Shown here: one piece after another, positions 37,033 to 49,000 of the stretch
How positions within the stretch are numbered: the first letter of the stretch is position 1
Layout of the letters: every line of letters begins with the position of its first letter
IMG/VR virus record: IMGVR_UViG_3300008117_000010
Span: 32,001-96,000 of that record
Strand: one strand, 5' to 3'
Origin: a virus
Length of the DNA: 64,000 nucleotides
Position numbers and translations under genes: made by a program
Notes under the pieces: generated by a model
What the model was told of the DNA's origin: nothing
Databases searched by the model: none
Seen by the model: only the letters and a program-made list of their open reading frames with translations

Positions 37033-40000
37033 ATGCAACTTTGTAATATTGATAAGAGTCAAAGAGAATTACTATATAGAGCTATTGCAGCTATAATTAA
37101 CGACGCAATACAAAATAAACAACCAATTGATACTAAAAAAATTGGTAATCAAATATATGATATAGTTTATAAAAAATCTCAGGATAATGCAAAAGCCTTG
37201 TCATATGTTTTATTAGTTCCAAAAGCAATAGATCAAATATTATCATTCAATGATAATTTCAAAGACTACGCCGTAGATAACAAGTTCGAATTTGATGAGT
37301 TAGCTAAATTAGTATCATCATTAAATAAGTCTTCAGAAGAAACTATATTAAATGATATATCTACTTTCTTAGGAAAGATGTCTAATAAAAATTCATTTGA
37401 AGATGCACAAAAGGATTTACAAAATCTTCAAAGTGAACAAGCTAAAAATAAAAACTCTAAAATATTAGTACCATCATCTTATTTAGCTAAGCCCGAATCT
37501 CTTTATACAACAACTGGTCAACAAGGTTTGCGTGAAGATATCAATATACCAGATCCTTCAATGCAATTTTATTATGATATCATAAAAAAATTAAATACTA
37601 ATTATATTAATGAAGAGGGCGGAGTAGTATATCCAAATGTTAAGAGCGGTTTATTTCTAAGTATAATTTCAGGAGTAAATATTGCTGATAATGAAATGTA
37701 TACTAGAGATGCTGGAAATCGTAATGAGTATAATAAAAATTTCTTTCTAGCACTTACCGATAACCTTGGTAAAATAATGTATTTCGACACTAACTATAAT
37801 GTAGTTGAAAGGAGTGCTGGTAAACCTATATACTTTCCGTTAAGAACTAATCTTGATTCTATTGTTGACAAATTAAATATTGGGCAATCACAACTAGAAT
37901 CATTAAGAGAAGCCGCTAAATTTATTAATCAAGATAAGGTTAATAATAGAGTAGTAAATAAAATAACATTTAAGAGTGACGGATATCTTAGTACAAGTAA
38001 TAGTCTACCTAAAGTAGATATAGCTAGTATTAAAAATAATAATATACTAACTTTTGTTACCGTACCAGGTAGCAATCAATTATATGTAAGCTCTAAAGGA
38101 GAATATCATTTTACAGTAGATGTTTCTTTTAAAGATTTTACAACAGTAAGAGCTAATCTCATTGCTGATTTAATTCTTAATCCAGTTTATAAAGATGGTA
38201 AACTGTTAAGTAATAATGATAAATATAATATTCTAAGTAATTGGCTCTTTCAAAGAGAAATGAAATTTGGCCAAAAGAATAAAAAGTTTTATGTAACCCT
38301 TAATGGTCAATCACTTAATCTAGAGGATAAAGAAGATTCAAAAGAAAAGATTGTTAACTTCTTAACTAGAAAGATTAAAACAGATAAAACAGAATATCAA
38401 AATAAATTTACATGGCAAAGCCGCTTACTTGAAAATAATGAAACAATATCATTATTTAGTTTAAGTGTTGAAGACGGTAAATATATTTATACAGATAATC
38501 CAGTCTCTTATCAAGAATATTTAAAGCAAATAACATTTGCTAAAATTCAAACTGTTGATGGAGAAATATTTCCAATGAATGGATATATTGGTTATGAGCT
38601 TGGTAATAGAATTAGTAAGCCAAAACCAGTTGAAACAAAAGTTGAAATAAAAAAACAAACTCCAGTTACATTAGATACGAATGAATATAATCGTGCAGTA
38701 AAAGAAGCAGATAGTAAAAAACCAATTGAACAAAACTTCTTTGATGGTTATAGACCTAATTCAGATAAAACAAAAATCCATACCATACGACCTGAAATCA
38801 CATCTATATATGGTAAAGGTGTAAAAACACTTAAACTTGTTCAAGAAGGTATTAGAACAAGATCAACTCGCTTAGCTAATTGGATGAAAGAAAATAATCC
38901 CAAAGTAGGTGATTATTTTTGGCAAATAAATAAAAAGAATCCAAGTGAAAAAGTACTAACTCGAATTACTGCAGTTTATGATAAAACTGATCCCCGCTTT
39001 AAAAACAATTGGTTTAAAGAAGGATGGGTTGATTCAGATTTTAAATATGTAGAAGACTATGCAGGTGCTATAGAATTTGAAGTTATTAAATCAGTTGTTG
39101 CAATAGGTGTTCAACCTCAAGTTACTACTGAAGAAAAATTCGATTTAATACCAACTCGTCCGATTTCAGAAATAGAAAAGGAAATTGAATCATTTGAAAG
39201 TGAAATTAGATATGCAGCTGGCCAATTAGAACAGCTTCAAACAAAAATGGAGCTTGTAGAAGATGAAGAAACTATTGAATCTTTTATTTTATCTCAATTT
39301 ACTCCTGTTAATCCTGAGTCAGCTAGAAAAGAAACAGGAACAAACATTGGAACAAAACAAGATATTAATCCAGCATTATTAAATAAAAGAGGTCCAAGTG
39401 TTGAAAGACTTGCTGAAGAAATTGGTTCATTAGCAAGAGGAGTACCTTATCATTTTAGAGCAGAGGATGATTATATCCGTGATCAAATTATTGAAATTTT
39501 AGTAAAAGGTAAAGCTAAATATAAAGAAGAATTACAAGGTGGTAATCTTCAAGATATAAAATATTATGAAGAAAGAATTAATGATATATCAAAAAAACTT
39601 GATGAGTTAAATGTTGAATTAGAAAATGCTAAACTAGCGCCACCAGTTTCTACTCCTCAAGAAACAGTTCAAATAGAATCAATTGAAGAATCAATTGTTA
39701 ATGAATCTGAGACTAAAGAAGAAGACATTGATTTAGGTGAAATTGATCCTAATGATTTAAAGAATTTATTAGAAAAAAGAATTCTTCAAAAAGAAAGCGA
39801 AGTAAAAGCAACAAATGAAAAAATTAAAAAAGCACTACCGTGGTATAATAGTATAAAAACTAAGAGCGGTAAAAAACTCTCTAGTTTTTTACCAATTAAA
39901 GAAATGTTTGATGCAGTTAATACATCAAATCCAAATGCTGTTGCACACTGGTCAATGTCCGGTATAACATTATTTAATGGTAGTGATTACTCTGATTTAT

Positions 40001-43000
40001 ATCATGAAGCTTGGCACGCATTTACTCAGCAGTTTTTAACTACTGAAGAAAGAAATAATTTATATAATGCTGTTCGTGGTAAATCAGGAACATTTGAAGA
40101 CTACAATGGAAATATTGTTGAGTTTTCATTAGCCTCAAAAAAACAAATAGAAGAATTTCTTGCAGAAGAATTTAGAGAGTTCATGTTGCGAGATGGTAAA
40201 GGTATGTATGAAAAGAAATCAATCTTTTCTAAAATCTTTAATAAAATTCGTGAGTTACTATTATGGTTATTTGATCGTACAACTTATTATGATGTCTACA
40301 ATAATAGTAAAGCAACTAGAAATATTTCAAGACTTTTTAATGAACTTCGTATTGGAGAGTTAGCAGAACCTGTAAATGAAGTTGATCCAGACTTTGCTAT
40401 TAAAGGTTTAGATAGAGTAATTAAAGTAAAAGATAGTAGCGATACATTTACAATAGAGGAGAGTAAAACTATAAGTGATACAATAGATAGTTTATTTAGT
40501 GAGTATAGTGATAAAGTAAATAACGCAACAAAAGTTAAATCAGCATCTATTCAATTACAAATAAGTCCAACATTCCAATTAAATGCATATAAGTATGCAA
40601 AGAATAGATTAATTCAAAGGAAAAATGAATTAGTTCAAAAAGTAAAAACAAAACTAAGTGAAAAGAAAATTGATGATCTTAATACAGAAGAACTCAATTT
40701 ATTTCGTAAAGACATTAAAAATATCAACTTATTAAAAAAAGCGATTAAAGCTTTTATAATTCCTGAGAATCTTAACAATGTAAAAAGTGCAAAAGAAATT
40801 GATGGAATTATTAGTAGTCACCAACAATTATCTGAATACTTAAAAGATATTGTTCAATTAGAAGAAGAATATAACATTCTTAATAATAATGTTATTGCAG
40901 ATAGAGCAGGTAATGCAAACTCATTTGAACAACTTACAGATCCCAAACTCTTATATACATTTGGTGGTGTATTTGAAAGAGATGAGAAAGGAGAAATTAT
41001 AAAAAATTCTTTAGGTTTTAATAAAACAATGGCTCCTAAGCGTGTATTTAACAAGCTTAGTAACATACTGGAGACAAATGATAATGAAAAAAGACCGAAT
41101 AATATAACGGCGCTTTATAAAAAAATGGAATCTTTACAAAAAACAGATCCATTTATTAAGGACATACTAAATAAATTAGGTAGTCCATATACTACTAATA
41201 CAAATGTTAATAGCTTATGGTCAGCTTTAGAAGTTTTAATCTTACCTGTAGCACATGTAATGCGTGCTGAAATTGTAAAGGGAGATAACAATTCTATATC
41301 TGCTGTATTTGTAACAAATGCTTCGCTTGAAACAGAATCAGCAATCCGTTCATTTGCAAACTATACTGCTGTACTTGACTCCTCAGATCCAAATAACTTT
41401 TTATTTGAGAATGCTGATGGTGTTAATATAATAGACCTGAGATCTATTTTTGTACCAACAGAGGGTAGACCAAAAAATTATGGTAACAGTAAAGCTGCTC
41501 AAGAAAACCCTTTAGAATTTTTAAGAGCCATTGGTATATATTTACCAAATGATCCTAATGTCATAAAAGAGTTAATGACAGAGGAAGCACAGGAATATAT
41601 AAATCGTTTATATAATGCCGCTTTAGAAATTAAAAATTATAATTATAGTAAAGGCACTAAAGAAAGTGACAAAATAGAAGTCTTTAGTATTAAAGAAATA
41701 CTAAAAGATTATTCAAAAGATCCAAAATATAAAAATGTTAAGAAGCTTCCTAAAGGACAAAGCGTTGCCAAAAAATTCTTTACAAAACTTTACTTAAAGT
41801 ATTCTGATCAATCAAATAACTTAAGTATTACAACAGTTGATGATAAAACTGTATTCCAAAGATCTTTGCCTAATACATTAATGATGAAAGCACAAATTAT
41901 AAATAGTGCTGATTCATTTAATAATTTAGTAAGTATTCCTGAAACTGAAGATTTAGCAAAAGAAATAAACGGTAAAACAAAAAACCCTTGGTCAAAGGCA
42001 TCTCAATTATTAAACAAAGTTTTGTTTGATGAAAAGGGTAATAAAAGAGAAGGTGCTAGAATAGATATTGCTTCTTTAGATGGATTAAAAATAAGATTAG
42101 ATGAAGTAGATTTAGCTGCCATTAAATCATCAGACTCAGATCCATACTCAAAACAATTATTAGATATTATTTTCACATTAGAATATGGTGTATCTGAAGC
42201 AACACGACACGCGGGTAAAAGTTCAACATTCCTTTTTGAGATAACAAGAAGTGATGGCTCTAAACATTATATTAATCTTGAAAAGTTTACAAGAAATATT
42301 AGTAAAGGTGAAAATATATTTAATAGTGGTATTGTAGATGCCGTAAATATTTTTGTAAATTATTTAGCTTCAGAATATGAGCGCATTCAACTTGCAACCA
42401 ATGATCCAGAAAATAAAAATATAAGAACTGGTAATGGTAAATCCATGGCCGAAGTAGGATCAGAATTTTTATTGTTTAAAGATATTATACCTAAATCAAT
42501 ACTAGACAATATTAAGTCTATTGAAGGTGTTGAAACATATGAAGATTTTTTACAGCATTTAGATAATAATGTTTCTTTAAGAGACTCTATAAAGAAAAAC
42601 ATATATAATTACTTAAACAACGTAGTTAAACAAGAATTAAATGATTTCAATAAACTAAATGTTAAAAAAGAATTCAATGATATTCTTCATAAGAAAATGA
42701 AATCAGCAAGTCAAAGAGCATTAAAGGGTGGTAAAATAACTAAAGAAACAGAACTCAATTATAATCAATTACGCAATAGTGCTATTACTGCTTATACAAT
42801 AAATTCATTAATACATAACATTGAGACTGGATTACTTTTTTATGGTGATCCAGCAATATTTAATAATAATAAACAGGATTATCAGAAACGAAATTCGGGT
42901 GCAGGATCAACAGGTATTGTAACCCGTACAGATGATGCCTATTTACAATTCATTAATAGCAAAGGTGGTCTAGGAAAAGTAAAGAATGAACAAAGAAATT

Positions 43001-46000
43001 TTGATGGTACCTTAAATACGGTAGTATTAAATGATCCTAAGACTACTGCAAAACTATATAATGAATATATAAAAGCAGCTAAAAATAAAGAAAGTGAAAG
43101 ATTAAAAAAGCTTAAAAAATCACAGAAAGAAATAGATATAGCACTTAAAAAAATAGAAGAAAAGTTTTCTGAGGCATATGAAAATATGAAAGAAGCAGAT
43201 GCCCAAGGATATATTTCTTTTTCTGCATATAGAGCTTTGTCTTGGGGTATGAATAAATGGACCCTAGCTCAAGAGCTTGGATATCAAAAAATAATGAATG
43301 GTGAAAAAATAGATAATGCTGATATTCTTTATCCTGTTCGTAAATACCAATATTGGGGATCTTTACAAACAAAAGGATTACCAGCAACAGCCTTTCATAA
43401 ATTCTCATTATTACCACTAATTCCAACATTAACGGAGAATGCACCACACCTGAATGCACTTCGAATGAAAATGGAAAATGAAGGTATTGACTACTTAACA
43501 TTTGAAACAGGATCTAAAGCAGGTACAATCGCAATAGATAATAAACTTGATAATCTTTATAAGGGAGATTCAAGCGATCGTATTTTAGATTTACCAGTAG
43601 AGTTTACAAAGAATGTAGTATTTGCAAAATTTTTAAAGGAACAGTTATCTATTGCTCCTCAATTTAAAGAGACTGTTACCTTCTCTACGCAGTTAAGAAA
43701 ACTTGTGATTGAAGGTTTATGGGAAGAAGGGGAACCTGTTGGTAAAAATGAAGAAGAAAAAAATAATGTAAAACAAAAAACTGCAGCATATATTAATGCA
43801 GTTAATAACTTAACTGAACTTCTATTTATAGAATTAAAAGATAAAGCAGGTATAAATCCAGAGACAAATAAGGTTGAAAATAAAGTAAAACTTATTGATT
43901 ATCTAACTAATGCTCTTGAAAATAAGGATACACCTTATCATATAATTGAACAAATAGCAAGTCTTAAGACTCGATTACAAACCGGAATATCATTTGACTA
44001 TTTAATTCAAGCAAGTGATATTGAAAAACTTATAACAGGTCTTGTATATAAGAAAGTTATTAATCAAAAAGTATATGGTGAAGGACTTATTCAAGTTTCA
44101 ACTGCAGGATGGGCAGTTAAAAAAGATGACAACCTAAAATTCTATCGAACAGAAAATGGTGTTGTTAAACCAATGCAAGTTAAAATTGCAATGCAAGGTG
44201 AGTTTCTTAATCTTCTACAACATCCTGATGTATTAGATATAGTTAGTGCAGAAGAAAATATAACTGAATTACAAGCCTTAAATCGTTTATTAAAAGATGA
44301 AGCATGGGTAAATAAAAACCGTGAGATGATTACTTTAATGGGTCCTCGTATTCCAGTACAAGGATTGAACTCCATGGAAGTAATGGAAATTGCTGAATTC
44401 TTACCACGCAATTATGGAAACGTTATTGTTGTGCCATCAGAAATTGTTGGTAAAGCAGGTTCAGACTTTGACGTTGATAAACTTAGTATTGTATTCCCAG
44501 GAATTAAAGTATATAATGGAGTACCACAAGTAGTTAATTTTAATAAAAATTTATTTAAGCAAACAACTAGAAGTCAATTAATAAAAGAAAAAGTAAGATT
44601 AGAAAAACTTGTTGATGTTACATATGAAACTCGTCGTGGTCTTTATGAAATGATAAAAGACGATGCAATCTTTACAGATGAACAAAGAGTAGCACTTGAA
44701 AGATTATACGCAGAACATAAAGAACAAATGGCTGAAGTTAATATACGTATTAAAGAACTTGAAGCACAATGGGAAGAAACAGGAGGAGCTGAAGTATTAT
44801 TAAAGGGAACTATTCCTGATGACTATTCATTACAAAATACTCTTTTAAATACCTATGCTGAAAGAGCTAGAATACGAAAGCAATTCCAAAATAATAGATA
44901 TCTATATAAGTCAACGTTTATTGACGAAGATTTTAAGAATGATTTAGAAGCAATTGAAAATAAGATAGATGATGTTACTAAGCAGATTGATTCTATATCT
45001 ATAGCTGCAGCAGAATATGATGTATTAAAATCTACAATTGATATACTATTATTACCACAAAACTTTGTAAGCTTAATTACTCCAAATACAACCATAGACG
45101 CAAAAGGATTATCAAAAGAAATGCGTAAAAGAGTAGACTTTGGATATTCTACAGAAGATAACTTTCTTAAAGAGAACAAAGGGTTTTCACCTACTCGTAT
45201 ATATGAACCAAAATATAATAGAGAAAAATTAGATTACAATAAAGTAGGTAAAGATTCACTTGGTATTGGTGCAGTAGATAATACCTTTAATGTATTATTA
45301 AATTATGTTGGAGCATATTTAAACAATGATGTCGCTATAACAAAGGATTATTCCCGTAGAATTGTAATTCGTGGTTTAAAGCATAATAAATATAAGGATA
45401 CAGAAAACATATCATTAAGTAAAATATACGATGCTAACAATGAATTTAAAATATCTGATATTATAAGCCAGTTTATTAATGGTTGGGTGGATGTTGAAAA
45501 GGATGAGTGGATATTCTTTATTCAAGGTAATAAAGAATTAAGTAGTACACTTCTTTTTATGATACAGGCAGGTATCCCATTAAACGATGCTGTGGTATTT
45601 CTAAATCAACCAATTATACGAGATTATTATAATCGTGTAAGATTAGCACTTTCACCAGCTTCTGAAATTTTAGAAGAAGGTAAAAAAGATAAGTATGTTC
45701 GAAATAAAGTATTTGATGACTTAATGTATAATAATGATATATACAGAAATATTTATGATGGTGAAAAGGAAAAAACAAAAAAATCATTTTCAAAAGCAGG
45801 AAGATTTTATGCAATATCAACTATAGCAGAAAAATATAAGTTTAATAAAGAGTCTTTAGAGAGCAAGCTATCTAATCCAATTGGTACTTATAGTCAAGAC
45901 GACTATGCTATTTTAGGACACTTTTTTGAATTAAGAGAAAATGCCAATTCATTAACAAATATTAAAATGGCATTAAACTTTGATACAAAAAGAGAAACAA

Positions 46001-49000
46001 GTATTGACGAAGTAAAAGAAAAACTAAATAAAAGAGGTCAAATATACGGATCAATTTTACCTAAAGAGATTATTAATAAGTTATTAAATGAATCTCCAAT
46101 ATCTAGCTTTAATATCCAAAAAGATATTGTAGCAATGATGGAAGCATTATTTCCAGTAAGAATGAGTGACGTAGTTGAGGATGCAATAAATGATACAGAT
46201 GAAACTGTATGGAAAAACATTGGTGAAAATTTAAACTTTGATGATAGAACAAAAATTGTTGATGCAAAAAATGCATTCAGAAATGCTTTAATTCCCTATT
46301 TGTTTCAAGAATCATATTATAGTCTAAATGAAGAAGAGTATAGAGGATATAAAATAAAATATACTTCAGACTATGCAGATAGAGTTGTTGTTATTTCTCC
46401 TACTGAACCAGATGTAATATTAATTAATCAGACTGCAGTAGATAACTTAATTACTAGTACAAATAATAATTCTAAGAAATTATATATGCCAGAGTTTATG
46501 CTTACTGCTTACGGTGTAGCATCACTTCCGGTAAATACATTTAAAAACATTAATGAAAATATTGGTTTAAGAAAATATTTAATTGAAAGAGAAATTCAAA
46601 GAACGTTAGATGAAAACAGTTTTGAAAAAATTTCAAAGTCATTATTATATAAGACATATAAAAATAAGCTTAAAATAGAAGATGTAAATAATCCATATCT
46701 GTCAGTAAATAATCAATTAACTTCTTTAACTAGTCAATTAAATATTTCTAAAGAAGAAGCCTATAATTTATTAGCATATGAATTAGTGTTAAGAGATAAA
46801 AGTCTTAATAATCTTAATTTCCCAGGCTGGCTTTTCTATGATACTAAGAATGAACAAACTTCATATGGTTCTCAATTAAATTATATTAAAAGAAAATATA
46901 ACTTTTTAGAAAGAGAATTTTCTGTATTAGATGCACTTGAAGTTAGAAGAAATAAAAATACTAATGAAGTTAATATAAAACTGAAAGACACACGTATTAC
47001 TGGTAGTGAAAAGAATATATTCCAAAGCCAGATTAATATGTTAAGTGATCCTCAAAAACTGCTAGAAATAAAATCAAGTCTAAGTGAAGCAGATATAAAT
47101 GAAATAACATCTTTCTTTAAAAGGTTTCATGTATTTGCTTATTTGCAAAGTGCTGCAAATTCAACTAGTAGCACATATAATTTATTACCAATTGCTAACC
47201 CAATGGTAATTGAAAATTTAATTGCACAACCAATTCAAGACTTTGCTAGTTTTGAATATGATCAGTTTTCGGAAAATAATGAGGAAGTAACAAATTACAT
47301 TATTGAGCGGGATAATAAAATAGAAACAGTTGAAACTGCAATTAAAAATTATAATAATATATTATCGGCTCAATTTAAAACTAATCATGTCACATTAATA
47401 AAACAACGGTTTGAATGGAATGCTGATACATTATCACTACAAGAACAACAAGCTGCTGAAGAAGATAATCTAAAGTTATTAAAAGCTCAAAATCCTTTAG
47501 GATTAGTTGAAGTACCAACTAAAGCTGAAAAAAATATTATTAAAAATAAAGGTAAAAAAACAGTATTTTCTTTAATTACTAATTCGCTTGGTCAAGCTTA
47601 TTTATATGAATCAGAAGCTAAAGGTTTAGATGCTGTAGTAATAGAAAATCTAGATACCTTAAAAGATGATTATTTATTTATTGGTAATACTGGAACTGAA
47701 ACTTTTACTGATGGAACTATTTCTAAAGTAGATGATGGAAAGTTATTACAGAGTCAAGCATTTCTTGGTGTTCCCTCTAGAAAAATCAAAGGAGATTTAA
47801 CTGATGAAACTCTTGAGGAAAATAAAAAATTAATAGATGATGCTATTCAAAATATACTTAATCGTAGGTCTAATAAGCTTTTAGTATTTAATAAAAACGG
47901 ATACGGTCAAAACTTAATTGGAAGAAATCCAAATAATGCATCAGAACTTAAAGGTAAAGTTACAGCACCAAAAACTTTCCAATACTTATCTCAGAAATTA
48001 GCACAACATTTTGGTTTTGTAAATCCAAATTCAACTTTACAATCAACAGTTGATGAGTCCAAAGTAAAAACTATATCAACAGATTATGGGGTAGTTCAAG
48101 CTGAAACTAATCCTACTAAAGAATTTGATCAAAAATTAGCAGATGCTATTTATCAAGATGTTAAAGATAATTCTTATGTTGAAAATGGTAGTAACACTGC
48201 ACAAAGAATGTGGGCTAATGGATTGATGTGGAAAGGTAATAACACTAAAAAACCAACAGGTCAAGTTTTAAAGGTTCAACCAGCACAAGTAGATTATAAT
48301 GCTAATGGTAAACTTACTCCTGTAAAAACCCCGTATTTTTATGATTCTGAGTACAATGATGGAACACCGGTAGCACCAATAACTAACTTAGATTTCTTAA
48401 AAAAACACATTGAAAATACTTTGGGTATTGATATGTCAGACTATGATGTAAGCTTAAATAACATATATGAAGAAGGTCATGATTTATTTAGACATACTGA
48501 CATTGATGAATCAAACACAGCTAAAAATTATCCTGTAATTGTATACGTTTTTGGCAATAATCATAAAGTAAGATTTGATGATAACGGTGGTAAAAGAGCG
48601 ATGGGTAAAATGGTAAATCCAAAAACTCTTACATTAAAAAATGGAGATATATATGCTTTTGGTGTAAATGGTAAAGGTAGATTTGAAACTGTTCATGATG
48701 TAGTGGCTTCACCAAAAACAAATGATAATTTTCCTGAATTAATAGGAAGTGATGGTAAACCAACTAAAAAATATACTGTTACTTTTACATTTAGAAGAGC
48801 TGCTGATTTAGAACCGGGTATGCCTAAAACACCCGCTAATTTTAATACTACAAATACTAATACAACAGTAACTGTAAATAAACCTAGTGAATATACTAAT
48901 CATTCAGGTGGTGCTAAAGGTGCAGATACTGCATGGGATGTAGAAGCTAAAAAATTAGGATACCTTACAAATGATGTTCATTGGCGTGAACCTGGTAAAA

